The notes: generated by a model not told the origin, from the sequence alone. A DNA stretch of 64,000 nt from Candidatus Sulfopaludibacter sp. (GCA_035508155.1 DATJNM010000031.1:14489-78488), one strand, 5' to 3'; positions 27,261 through 37,193 are shown, counted from the first letter of the stretch. Translations and numbers: made by a program.

Positions 27261-28802
27261 TCATTTCCCTTGCACCCGGAAGAATTCAGTCGCATTCGTC
27301 AGCGGCAGTGAAACCGATTGGGCATTGGTCGTCAGAACATTATTCCACGTGCCCCTCGGCAGCGTAGCCGCCTCCTGCACCACAAACGGCGCAGCGCCGC
27401 CGGTCCAGCTCAAGTTTACATTTGCGCCTGCCAGAGTGATGGTCAGATTGAACGCATTCGTCGCGGTAAAAACCGCGGCGTCGTAGGCCACGGCATGGAC
27501 GCCGTCGGCGGCGCTCAATTCCAACGTGTAAACCCCCGGCGCATTGAACGTTGCCGTCGTATTTGTTAACGCCGTGTTGCCGAACGTGACTGTGCCCGGC
27601 CCGGAATAGAGTTTCCACTGGATCGCCGGCGGCGGGTTGCTGAACGTCACCGCGCCCTGCAAAGCCACCGGCACGCCAACGGGCACGGTCTGGTCCGGGC
27701 CGGCCTCCGCGATTGGCGCGCCGGGCGAGCGCGGTCCTTCATTCGGGCCGGTGGTCTGGATGACCTCAAAGTTGGTGATGCTGATGCTCGTGAAATCACT
27801 GAATACATTCGTCGGCCAGCGGTCGTCCGGCGTCACCGAGATGGAGAAAAAATTCCCGTTGTCGGCCACCATCGCACCGTATTTCTTGAGCGCCCGCAAC
27901 ACGGCCTGTTCCTCGATCGGCCAATTGGTTGGAATGACAAAACCTGCCTTCAACCGCAACCGTTGGCCCATGGACGGCAGGTTGGGGTTGGTATTGGTGG
28001 ATGCCGAGGCATAATGCGTGGCCGGATAGATGTAATTATTGTAGAGGGTCCGCTTGACCACCAGCCGGCAGGCGTGTTCCACCATGCCGCGTTCGGCCTC
28101 ATCGTAACGCACCAGCGCCGGAAACATCGGGAAGCCCGCGGCGTCGCCGGAAGTCCAGCCCGCCGGCCGCAGCCCGTTCGTGTTCAGATTGAAAATCGCA
28201 CCGTTCGCCGCCTGCCAGTTTGTCCCCGTCAACACGGTGCTCCACGTCTCGTAACTGAAGCCTGCGCCCGGTTGCACGATGATGGAATGCCGGTCGCTGC
28301 CGTCGTTGTTGGTCTGCCATTGGTACAACGTCTGGGTCCCCGTCTGGGTCGGCCAGCCCTCAATGGGCAGGTTCACCGGAATCGGATACAACCCGTCGGG
28401 ATAGGTTCCGCCGTTCAAGTCCGACTCGTCCGGATAATCCACAAAATCGAAATCCACCAGCGGTTGATTGTCCGGCACCAGCACGAAGTTCATTTCCTGA
28501 AACGCAATCAGCGTCCGCCGGTTGGACGCCAGGTCCGACATGATTTGCGCGATCATCGCGTCGGAGTTCGTCAATACCGGCCGGTTGGTGATGATTTCAT
28601 TCCAAGGATTCGTTACCGGGAAAATCTGCATGGCCGACACCACGGCGTCGGCATTGGAAGTGTCGAACAGAATGGCGTTGGTCACCACCGGCAACGGTCC
28701 CAGGATGCGGCCTTCCTGGTTGATCCGTTCCGCGACAACGGGTGGGCAAAAACTGACCAAAAGCATCAGACCAAGTCCTCCTAAAACGACGGAATACTTC
28801 AT
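27261..28802 (-). CDS. Secreted protein of unknown function with PKD/Ig-like domain and C-terminal FFRV domain
   Basis: ATG at 28802 (MKYSVVLGGLGLMLLVSF) gives a signal peptide. The ~380-aa core is of unknown family. Then APIAEAGPDQTVPVGVPVALQG (PKD-like), ending ..NATEFFRVQGK. Confidence 0.8.
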   Translation of the reverse strand: MKYSVVLGGLGLMLLVSFCPPVVAERINQEGRILGPLPVVTNAILFDTSNADAVVSAMQIFPVTNPWNEIITNRPVLTNSDAMIAQIMSDLASNRRTLIAFQEMNFVLVPDNQPLVDFDFVDYPDESDLNGGTYPDGLYPIPVNLPIEGWPTQTGTQTLYQWQTNNDGSDRHSIIVQPGAGFSYETWSTVLTGTNWQAANGAIFNLNTNGLRPAGWTSGDAAGFPMFPALVRYDEAERGMVEHACRLVVKRTLYNNYIYPATHYASASTNTNPNLPSMGQRLRLKAGFVIPTNWPIEEQAVLRALKKYGAMVADNGNFFSISVTPDDRWPTNVFSDFTSISITNFEVIQTTGPNEGPRSPGAPIAEAGPDQTVPVGVPVALQGAVTFSNPPPAIQWKLYSGPGTVTFGNTALTNTTATFNAPGVYTLELSAADGVHAVAYDAAVFTATNAFNLTITLAGANVNLSWTGGAAPFVVQEAATLPRGTWNNVLTTNAQSVSLPLTNATEFFRVQGK

Positions 28803-28942
28803 AATCAAGGGTGGAAAACTTCCACCACCGGGATTGCAGCAAAAAGGACGCCAGCCGTTGTGAGGGCCGAGCGGCACCGGGAGAATGTGCCTGTTCCGAA
28901 CGCGCGAGGGAGCAGATCAGCCGGCTGGCTTGGATCCGGGCA

Positions 28943-31084
28943 CTACGGTTGTTGGAGTCGATAAAAAACGGTATCGGTCGGCGCACTGACGTTGATGAAG
29001 ATGGTGGATCCATTGGTCTGGTACTGCGAAACGGGGACCTGGGTCCAAACGGGCGGATTGTCAGCCAGCGACGGACAACTCTGCAACACCACGCCCGGCG
29101 GCGTCATCGGCCACGACACCGTCACACCGTTAACGGTCGGTGCAATCGAAAGCGTGGGCACCGGGGAAATTTGCGACAGGATCAGCGCACTGTACGGCCC
29201 AATTGTGACGTTGCCCGTGGCCGGGCTGCCACTGGCCGTGACCACCGAGCTGCCGATGTTCCCATAGTCCGGACCGTATGTTGTGGAGTCACTGTTCAGT
29301 TGGACATACCAGTTGCCGGCCGACGGGAAGGTCAGGGAATAGTTGTTGAGGGTGTTGCTGGTGAAATTGCCAACCACGACGGCGCTCAGGCTCGGGTTGG
29401 CGGAATTCCAGCGATTAAAAGCGACCAGCTTGTTGACGTTATCCACGGCGAGCATGGTGCAACGGTCGCCTTCCAGCCCCGGCGTCAAACCCTGCAAATT
29501 CCGACGGGCGTTGATGAGATCATGGTAAAACTGGACGATGTAGCTGTACGTGTTTGTTTTGCTCCAGTCCACGTTTCGGCCGGAGTCAAACTGCTGGTTT
29601 TCGAGCATTTCCTGGCCTTGGAAAATCATAGGTATGCCGGGCGCCGTCAGGGTGATGGCGGCGCCAAGCGTGGAAAGCTTTCTCGCCCGGTAACTGTTTG
29701 GTGTGACCGGGTCAATCGCCGTGGGCAACCGGACATGGGTGGAGCCGTTCAAATCGCCGACCACGTCGTGCGATTCCAGGTAGGCCACGCGCAGAAAGCT
29801 GGCAGTGCCGCCGTAGCTGACGTTGTACTGCACGTCGTTGGCAATCGTGCTCATGTTGCGGCTCGCATCCGACATATTGGTCAACACCGGCGTGAAATTA
29901 TACGGATAACCGGTGTCCCAGGAACTGTCGAAGCCCCACGTATTGTAAACATCCTCGGCGATGCTGATTTTGCCGGTGTAATTGGTGTGAATCATGGCGT
30001 TGATGGCGGTCACGAGATTGCCGGCGGTGGGGATGTAGGTGCCGTCGTTGCCATGCGTCAGAGTGTACACCGAGTCCCAGCGGAACCCGTCCACGTGACA
30101 TTCGCTCAACCACATGGCGATATTGTCCGAGATGAAATTGGCCACCTGATTGCTGCTGACATTGGGCCGCGTGGCGCCGTAGGGCGTGTTTTGCAGGTTG
30201 AAGTTACTTTGAAAGAAGTAAATCCCGCCGCCGCCGACCGAGTTGCTGCCGGCCCAGCCGTCAAAGTTCCACATGTCCAGAAGATTCGGCCCGTAATGGT
30301 TGTGGACGACATCCAGCAGCACCGCGATGCCCCGGGCGTGGCAGGCCTGGACAAAAGTTTTTAGCGCATCCGGCCCGCCGTACTGGGCGTTATCCACCGC
30401 GAACAACTGGGCCGGGTCGTAACCCCAACTGTTGCCGCTGTTCCCGAATTCCATAATCGGCATGAGCTCGACGGCATTGACTCCGAGGTATTTCAGGTAA
30501 TCCAGCTTGTTCGTCGCGGCCACCAGCCGGCTGGGCACGGTGCTGGACGGAAACGTGCCCATGTGAAGCTCGTAAATGAACAAGTCCTGCAAGGGCGGGT
30601 TGGTGAAATCGTCGCCGTTCCAGTTGAAGGCGGTCGGGTCATAAATAATGTCATTGTTCCCGCTGCCGCCACCGGCGTTCACCACCCAGCGTGACCGGGG
30701 ATCATGCTTGTAATTGCTGCTGCCGTTGTAAGTAATGTAGTACTTGTACTGCTGGCCCGCTGTAGCGCCCGGCACGTCCGCCGACCAGACGCCGGTGGGA
30801 AGGCCGTTGGACAATTCGTTGACCAGAGGCGTGGCCGAGGTGGACCAGCCGTTGAATGCGCCCGGAGTGGTTACGCTGGCGGCATTAGGCGCCCAGACCC
30901 GGAAGGTCACACCCGTGCCGGACGCATCTTGATAAGGTGTGGAACCCCAACCCGGACGGGTGGATTGCGCCGGCAATTTTGTGACCGGCGCAAACGCGGC
31001 CAATACCAGAATTGAAGAAACCGTGCGTAAGATTGACCGTTTGAAATTCGGGGCATCTACAAAACTTGTGCTGCTTAGGAACAT
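28943..31084 (-). CDS. Secreted GH13 alpha-amylase-family glycoside hydrolase with N-terminal CBM48-like domain
   Basis: GVTFRVWAPNAASV (CBM48/E-set), GIAVLLDVVHNH (region I), VDGFRWDSV (region II), ISIAEDV (region III), AYLESHDVV (region IV), ending ..TVFYRLQQP. ATG at 31084 gives a signal-like N-terminus and the track start at 31159 is also possible. Confidence 0.88.
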   Translation of the reverse strand: MFLSSTSFVDAPNFKRSILRTVSSILVLAAFAPVTKLPAQSTRPGWGSTPYQDASGTGVTFRVWAPNAASVTTPGAFNGWSTSATPLVNELSNGLPTGVWSADVPGATAGQQYKYYITYNGSSNYKHDPRSRWVVNAGGGSGNNDIIYDPTAFNWNGDDFTNPPLQDLFIYELHMGTFPSSTVPSRLVAATNKLDYLKYLGVNAVELMPIMEFGNSGNSWGYDPAQLFAVDNAQYGGPDALKTFVQACHARGIAVLLDVVHNHYGPNLLDMWNFDGWAGSNSVGGGGIYFFQSNFNLQNTPYGATRPNVSSNQVANFISDNIAMWLSECHVDGFRWDSVYTLTHGNDGTYIPTAGNLVTAINAMIHTNYTGKISIAEDVYNTWGFDSSWDTGYPYNFTPVLTNMSDASRNMSTIANDVQYNVSYGGTASFLRVAYLESHDVVGDLNGSTHVRLPTAIDPVTPNSYRARKLSTLGAAITLTAPGIPMIFQGQEMLENQQFDSGRNVDWSKTNTYSYIVQFYHDLINARRNLQGLTPGLEGDRCTMLAVDNVNKLVAFNRWNSANPSLSAVVVGNFTSNTLNNYSLTFPSAGNWYVQLNSDSTTYGPDYGNIGSSVVTASGSPATGNVTIGPYSALILSQISPVPTLSIAPTVNGVTVSWPMTPPGVVLQSCPSLADNPPVWTQVPVSQYQTNGSTIFINVSAPTDTVFYRLQQP

Positions 31085-31329
31085 CGTTGGATCATAACGC
31101 AGGATGACGGGGGCTGCCACCGCATAAACATGGGGGTTTTTTACGGCTTTCGGGGTCAAACCCTGGCATTCTCCGCACCCTGATGATTAAATCTTGTGCG
31201 ATGGCGGCGCTGCTTTTGCGGAAAAATCCGGGGCGAAGCGCGGCTGAAACAATTGCGCCTTTGCCTTCGGGCGCGAAGCTCGGGTTTTATCTGAGAAAAT
31301 CTGTGCGCATCTGTGTCGGATTTGAAACC

Positions 31330-32148
31330 ATGAAAAAAGTATCTGCGGGCATTGCGTTGGCAGCGCGCGGGATCGTACTGTGGGCGTTAAGCTCGAACGG
31401 ACTCCCGGCCGGCCTGGCCGCCGACACCGTGTCTCCGCCGGCAAGTCCGGTCTATGATTATGCCGAACCCAAACTGCTCACCGGCATCCTTTATGCCATC
31501 GGTTCGGACCGGAAAAAGATTTTATTCACTTTCCGGCGGACGGCCACGCGCTCCGGTTCCACGGTCCAGGTCGAGCGGCAATTTCTCGGCGCCAACGGGA
31601 CGGTAGCCGCCGTGGAAAAAGTCCTCTACGAATCCAACCAGCTGGTCTCCTTTGAGATGCAGGATTTCCAGGCCGGTGTCTCCGGCGCCATTCACATCGA
31701 GCCCGACTCGGAAAACCCGGCTCGCCAAGACATCTTCATCAGCTACGCCCACAACCTCAATCCGCCCAAAGGTCGCGCCCGGATACTCCAGCCCGACACG
31801 GTGATTGACGATACGTTGTATCCGTTCATGATCACTCACTGGCACGAACTGATGGAGGGTAAAGCCGTCACGTTCCACTTCGTTTCCCTGGATTGGGAAC
31901 GCACCTTCGAGTTCGAGCTGGTGAAGACCGGTGAAACCGCAGAAGACGACCGGCCGGTCGAGCTCATCACCATGAAACCCGCCAGCAGGCTCGTTGCCCG
32001 GCTGGTGAAACCGCTCCTGTTTACCGTGCAAAAGAACGACCCGCACCGCATCCTGTCCTATACCGGCCGCACCACGCCCCGCATCCAGAAGGGGAAGTCC
32101 TGGAAATATCTGGATGCCGAAACCGTGTTTGACTATCCACCGGAATAA
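31330..32148 (+). CDS. Hypothetical secreted protein
   Basis: ATG at 31330 (MKKVSAGIALAARGIVLWALS) gives a signal peptide. No family was recognised. Confidence 0.65.
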   Translation: MKKVSAGIALAARGIVLWALSSNGLPAGLAADTVSPPASPVYDYAEPKLLTGILYAIGSDRKKILFTFRRTATRSGSTVQVERQFLGANGTVAAVEKVLYESNQLVSFEMQDFQAGVSGAIHIEPDSENPARQDIFISYAHNLNPPKGRARILQPDTVIDDTLYPFMITHWHELMEGKAVTFHFVSLDWERTFEFELVKTGETAEDDRPVELITMKPASRLVARLVKPLLFTVQKNDPHRILSYTGRTTPRIQKGKSWKYLDAETVFDYPPE

Positions 32149-32292
32149 ACCACGAAGTTGTAATCCGCGAATTTCGCGAACCGGGGTGAAGGTTTTCCCC
32201 CAATAAAACAATTCGCGGATACAAATCCGTCTTCCCATTGTCACCGGTTTATAATCTGAAGCCGCCCGCCGGCAGCCTATTCTCATTACCCA

Positions 32293-32601
32293 GTGAATCC
32301 GGCGGATTTATTTTCCCGGCAGGAGGAACTCGTCCTTCCCACTCCTGGCGACGCGTTGTTTCGTGAAGCTGAACGGGGCGATGCCATGTTCGTCTTGCTC
32401 GAAGGCACGATGGACATCGTCGGCGAGCTGGGGCTCATTGACCAATCGCCGCGTGGCGCCACCGCCGTTGCCCGCGGCCCGGTGCGCCTGGCCAAGGTGG
32501 ATCAGGGCCGGTTTCATTTTCCCATCCAGCAAAACCCGCACTTCGCCACCCACTTCAGCATGGAACTGGCTGGCCGCCTGTGCCAGATGAACCGCCTCTA
32601 C
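32293..32601 (+). pseudogene. Remnant of a cyclic-nucleotide-binding-domain gene
   Basis: The GTG-initiated ORF has no ATG after the upstream TGA at 32257. GDALFREAERGDAMFVLLEGTMDIV|GELGLIDQSPRGATAVARGPVRLAKVD matches the cNMP beta-roll, but ~15-20 aa seem missing at the bar. The ORF stays open to 33015 through Arg/Pro/Thr-rich sequence that overlaps the next gene. Confidence 0.35.
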
Positions 32602-32809
32602 GCGGAACCTGAACCGTCAAAACGCCAGGGACGCAAAGCCTGGAAGGCAGCGCTTCGTCGCTTCCCCATGTTGGGCACTGACGAAGCAGAGCCCTCCACG
32701 TCTGAAAATCTTTGCGCCCTTTGCGGTCAAAGATTCCGGTCCGCCCACGCAACTTGCCGGACACGCCCGTGTTTCCGGGTTTGTGAACCAACTCCAACCC
32801 CATCCTGCC

Positions 32810-33355
32810 ATGAAAACCATTCTACTTCCGACCGTCCTCCTGTTTCTGACCGTGGCCGCCCAGGCGCAACCCGCCATGAACGGGCAACCCCAACCTGCAT
32901 TCCAACAACGCCTCCAGACGATCGTAGCGGCACCAGGCGCGCCGCCCGCGACGGTTGCCACGCGAGAACCCGCCAATTATCTCATCCGCGTGGAATGGAA
33001 GGAGCCCAAGGGTGACCTTAAATTCCTGGAAGTATTGAGCACAGACGGCAATTTCAACCTGGACACCATCCAAAAGACATTGGTCAAAATTAATAACTAC
33101 GACATCCCCGTCACCCTCAAATTCAATGGCACGCTCAGCACCCGGAGCGATGAAAAGGGCCGGCTGCAATTGTTCCTGGGCCGCACCGTGCCTTATGTGA
33201 CCGGCAGCTACAACGGCATGGGCGCGTCTGCCTCCTACAGCCAGTTGAGTGTCGGCTTAAGTTCCACCTTTATTGTCACCTTTGGCAAACCGCTGGTCGT
33301 CCAGAACGATGAGAACGGCGAAATCTCCGCCCTTGTCAAACGCGTGAAGGATTGA
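32810..33355 (+). CDS. Hypothetical secreted protein
   Basis: ATG at 32810 (MKTILLPTVLLFLTVAAQAQPA) gives a signal peptide, followed by a beta-rich domain. Confidence 0.7.
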   Translation: MKTILLPTVLLFLTVAAQAQPAMNGQPQPAFQQRLQTIVAAPGAPPATVATREPANYLIRVEWKEPKGDLKFLEVLSTDGNFNLDTIQKTLVKINNYDIPVTLKFNGTLSTRSDEKGRLQLFLGRTVPYVTGSYNGMGASASYSQLSVGLSSTFIVTFGKPLVVQNDENGEISALVKRVKD

Positions 33356-33588
33356 AGCCACCAGGTCCACCAGGGCTTCAACCACGGATTCACAGGGATA
33401 AATACGGATTAAGACCGGACGGAAGCAAACTCTTGGGGCGAGGCCACTCACGCGTCAAAAGTGTCATCCAGGTGGTGATAACGTTTGTCATCTATGTCGT
33501 GATAACATTCCGGACGCTCGCCCCACCGGTCAAAAGGAAACCTGCGCTTTTTTGGGCAAAATCTCTGCGCTCTTTGTGTGCTCTGCGG

Positions 33589-34545
33589 TTATGGGCTGCC
33601 GGCGTGATTAAAGGCCTCCTTCAAAAAACCAATAATTCCCGGTTGTATTTTCGGCGTTGAAAACAGGGGGCCATCGTGGCCGGCTCCGTGCACCAGAATG
33701 AGTTCATTGTGCACTCCCGCCCGATTCAACGCGACGTGCAAACGCTGGCTTTGGGCCATGGGCACGAGATCGTCTTCGTTACCCTGAATAATCAAGACGG
33801 GTGGAGCGGCGGCGCTCACATAAGTGATGGGGCTGGCAGCTTTAGCCCTGGCAGCAGCCCGGACCAACGGCGCACCCAACAGTTTGGGCCCGGCATCCTG
33901 CCACGTCTCAATGCCTTTCCGGGAATGAATCGCCTGGAGATCGTCCGACATGCCATTCAAATCCGTCGGGCCAAAAAAATCCAGTATCGCCAGCGGTTTG
34001 ATGGCGGAATTGGCGCCAAACTCCCGTTCCCGTCGGGCCAGGCCCAACAGCAGCGCCAGATGTCCACCGGCCGACGCGCCGCCCACCACGAATCGTCGGG
34101 CATCAACCCCGTAGTCAGCGGCATGCGCCAGGATGAAATTCAGCGCCGCGTTGCAATCCTGAATCTGCGCCGGAAACGGCGCCTCCGGACTGAACCGATA
34201 ATCAATGCTGGCAATCGCGTAACCGTTCCGGACCAGATATTTGACGTTGTCCCATTCCTTGCTCCCCATCATCCACGCCCCGCCATGTATCCAGATCACG
34301 AGCGGGCAGGGTTGGACGCTATGATTCCCGGGAAGATAAAGCTCAAAGTTCTGATTCGTCGTCGGATGGCTGACGTAGGGAATGTTTCTTCTGACGATGG
34401 CTTCGCCGTAAGGGCTGGAGGCAGGCAACGTTTCGAACGACGCCGGCGCGCCGGACGACACCGGTTGCGCCAATGCTCCAGAAGCCGGCAACAACATCAC
34501 CGCCAGGACCAGGCGAAGGCAAGCCAGCGTTTTCATGAACGGCAA
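33589..34545 (-). CDS. Secreted alpha/beta-hydrolase (esterase/lipase type)
   Basis: Signal peptide, oxyanion motif IWIHGGAWMMG, nucleophile elbow GGASAGGHLA, and a late HGAGHD. Confidence 0.85.
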   Translation of the reverse strand: MPFMKTLACLRLVLAVMLLPASGALAQPVSSGAPASFETLPASSPYGEAIVRRNIPYVSHPTTNQNFELYLPGNHSVQPCPLVIWIHGGAWMMGSKEWDNVKYLVRNGYAIASIDYRFSPEAPFPAQIQDCNAALNFILAHAADYGVDARRFVVGGASAGGHLALLLGLARREREFGANSAIKPLAILDFFGPTDLNGMSDDLQAIHSRKGIETWQDAGPKLLGAPLVRAAARAKAASPITYVSAAAPPVLIIQGNEDDLVPMAQSQRLHVALNRAGVHNELILVHGAGHDGPLFSTPKIQPGIIGFLKEAFNHAGSP

Positions 34546-34762
34546 AATTCTATCCTAGCCCGGTTTTTTTGGCACTCGGAATTTTCCCTTCGTTCCCGGG
34601 TTCCCCAATGCGTAAAACTTCGGTTAAAGCATTGTCAACGCTGCCTTTAAACTGGCGCGCCGATTGCTGATAAAACCGCCATCGGGAGAGTCGTGAAAAG
34701 GCAAAAGGAAATCATTTGCCCACGGGACTGCTCCCGGAACGTAACGAAGAGAACAAACACAA

Positions 34763-35068
34763 ATGAATCGGGCCGCCGGCCCACCCAACTTTATGAGCAA
34801 TCAGGAAGAAAGAAATTACATATCCGTCGGGTCATGGATGGGCATGATGTTTGTGACCGCCATCCCGGTGGTGGGTCTGCTGATGATTCTCGTCTGGGCC
34901 TTCACCGGTGAAAACGAGACGCGCAAGAATTATTTTCGGGCCATTCTTTCCTGGATCCTGATTTTTGTGGTGCTGGCGGTTGCTCTGGTGCTCGTGGCCG
35001 GGTGGCTGGGCGGAACGCCGGCCCTGCAAAAGTATATTCAGGACCACAATCCGCCCCATAACCAATGA
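34763..35068 (+). CDS. Small membrane protein (two TM helices)
   Basis: WMGMMFVTAIPVVGLLMILVWAF and ILSWILIFVVLAVALVLVAGWL. No family was recognised. Confidence 0.5.
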   Translation: MNRAAGPPNFMSNQEERNYISVGSWMGMMFVTAIPVVGLLMILVWAFTGENETRKNYFRAILSWILIFVVLAVALVLVAGWLGGTPALQKYIQDHNPPHNQ

Positions 35069-35802
35069 CCGCCGATCTCCGCGTTCGCTACGGTTGTCAG
35101 TTGAGCGTTGAGGGTTGAGAACCGGATCAGGTCATCCGCTGATCTCGCTCATGGTCGCGGACCATTTCTCTCCCAAAGAACCATCCGTGACAATTCGCGC
35201 CACCTGCACACGATCCATCGGTGGGCATGCCTAAAATTCTTTGCCGCCCAAACGCATAAAATGCGTATCATTGTTTTTGTGCTTTCTGTGTTTTTCTGTG
35301 ACTGAGAATGACTGATCTGGTCATGTGATCAACCTGCCCGATGACTATCGGGATTGATCGGGGCGTGCCTCGAAAATAACTTTGTCTGATCGACGGATCC
35401 CCTCCCTCGGCAAGCCCGCCAAAGTTGCATCTGCAGATGACACGGACCTGCGCAGATTTAAAAGAAAATCTGTGTTAATCGGCCAAATCGGCGGCCAAAC
35501 CACGCCATCCGCACTTTTTTTCGCCCCGGTAGGCCGGGCCAACGGGTGCGGCTTGGCCGGGGCAGTGACACGCCGGAACCCACCTTTGGCCGAAACCGAT
35601 TCATCCGCAGTACCGGTGCCCGGAAGGTCTCCCATTTATCATCGTTAACTTTCCAGCAAACCCGCGTCCAATCCGGCTGGCACGCCGCCCGCTTGGGTAC
35701 ACCAACCACGACGTTGCTTGAGGTATCGAGAGGAAGTGACATTCCCCGGCAACGCCGGGTTGTTCCAATAACCAAGGAGTAACTAAGAAAAGGAGTAGCA
35801 AA

Positions 35803-36366
35803 ATGAAAAAAATCAAGCTGTTTACTATGGCCGCAGTAACGATATTTTCGCAGTTGGCTGCGGTCTCCACCGGCAACGCCCAGGTCTTCAACGCCTCCGT
35901 GGACGCCATCAGCGTCTCCACCAACAGCGACGGTGACCTGAACTACCGTTTCTTCGACAATCGCAATCTGATTCGGGATTGCGCGAGCGAAATGGGCATC
36001 ACCAATCTGACGGGGTTGCATCTGGTTTACGACCTGAAGACGGACGCCCTCGAAGTGGTGAGTGGAACCAATGATACCGTGGTCTGCACCCCGTTGTCGT
36101 TCTCTGGCGGTGTCTTCCTGAGTAACACGAATGCCACCCGCAGCCAGCGACTGGCATGGGTTTATTGGGAAAACAACACGGTCGCCAGCGGAACGCTGGC
36201 CGCCACAGAGTTGCACGACTATGGCGTTTCGAACCAGCTCACCGGTTTCCAGCTCTATGGAAAACTACAATTCGCGCTGCCCGGCAGCGGCACCAACGCG
36301 CCCGCAATCTATCAGGGCGGCGTCCTTGCGGGCACCCCGGAATTCCGTTCCTTCGGGGGTAAGTAA
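35803..36366 (+). CDS. Hypothetical secreted protein
   Basis: AGGAG lies upstream. Signal peptide MKKIKLFTMAAVTIFSQLAAVSTGNA, followed by a beta-rich domain. Confidence 0.7.
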   Translation: MKKIKLFTMAAVTIFSQLAAVSTGNAQVFNASVDAISVSTNSDGDLNYRFFDNRNLIRDCASEMGITNLTGLHLVYDLKTDALEVVSGTNDTVVCTPLSFSGGVFLSNTNATRSQRLAWVYWENNTVASGTLAATELHDYGVSNQLTGFQLYGKLQFALPGSGTNAPAIYQGGVLAGTPEFRSFGGK

Positions 36367-36858
36367 TCCAGGGCGAGTATGAAAAGTGGTCCGCTGGCGG
36401 GTTTCAAAAATGTCACCCGCTTGTTGCCAAACCGTCTTTGACGGAATTGCCCGACTATGGTTTGCTGCTAGGGTCGAATTGCACAAATTCGTCTCACATC
36501 ACGCCTGTCGGCGCTGGAGTTCAGCAAGCTTCACCCACCAGCGCCGGCCTCTTTTCCGGCCGAGACGGCAAAAAAGCCAGCGAGCGTTCACAAGCCGCTC
36601 GCTGGCTGTACTTCAAAGAGCTGGCCAACGGGCTCACGCCGGATTTAACCCTCCAAACGCTCCTGCGCCAAACGCAGTGCGCGGACTGAAACCCGGCACT
36701 CTTCGTCAGCTCTCGCGCGGGTTTAATATCAAAATCCTCCGGCGGATTTCAAGAAATTTAGACCGTTTAATTCTGGGCCGGTTGAAAACTAAAATCCCGG
36801 GTCTCGGACCGGTTGGGGGTGGACTTTGGCGTTAAATTCCGCTGCAATTAAATGCGAT

Positions 36859-37092
36859 ATGAACACGACGCTTGTTAAATCTGCGCCGGGAGGAGATTTC
36901 GTGGAAGTCAGCGTTCTGATGAAGGACTGGGAAACCAAGTTTCAAGCACTGGTCAGCCAGAAACGGCCGATCAAATATGACATGTACCCCATGCCGGGCA
37001 TTCCGCCGGAATTCAGGAACCGGCTCAGCCAGCAAGGCTATCAGGATCTGATTTTGGAAAACGACCGGTGGCAGCACTTCCTGGTTCCCTGA
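36859..37092 (+). CDS. Small hypothetical protein
   Basis: 77-aa ORF from ATG 36859. It competes with an antisense ORF at 36832..37137, so support is weak. Confidence 0.3.
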   Translation: MNTTLVKSAPGGDFVEVSVLMKDWETKFQALVSQKRPIKYDMYPMPGIPPEFRNRLSQQGYQDLILENDRWQHFLVP

Positions 37093-37193
37093 ACCATTAA
37101 ACTGCTTTTGAGTGGAGCGACCGTTCTCTCGCGCCATGTCAAATCACAGCCAGGACGTGGTCTCCCCGCCGCACTACGGGCAGAAAAGCCGAA

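Noticed and set aside
28811-30364. 517-aa plus-strand ORF, the longest unassigned ORF in the track
   Set aside because: It is exactly antisense to the GH13 gene, whose frame carries all four GH13 signature regions. The plus-strand translation is Arg/Gly/His/Val-rich low-complexity sequence, typical of antisense read-through in high-GC DNA.
33352-33660. 102-aa ORF in the convergent spacer (..VIQVVITFVIYVVITF..)
   Set aside because: The repetitive peptide simply mirrors the 21-nt DNA direct repeat. The ORF overlaps the hydrolase 3' end and has no start context, so it is considered non-coding.
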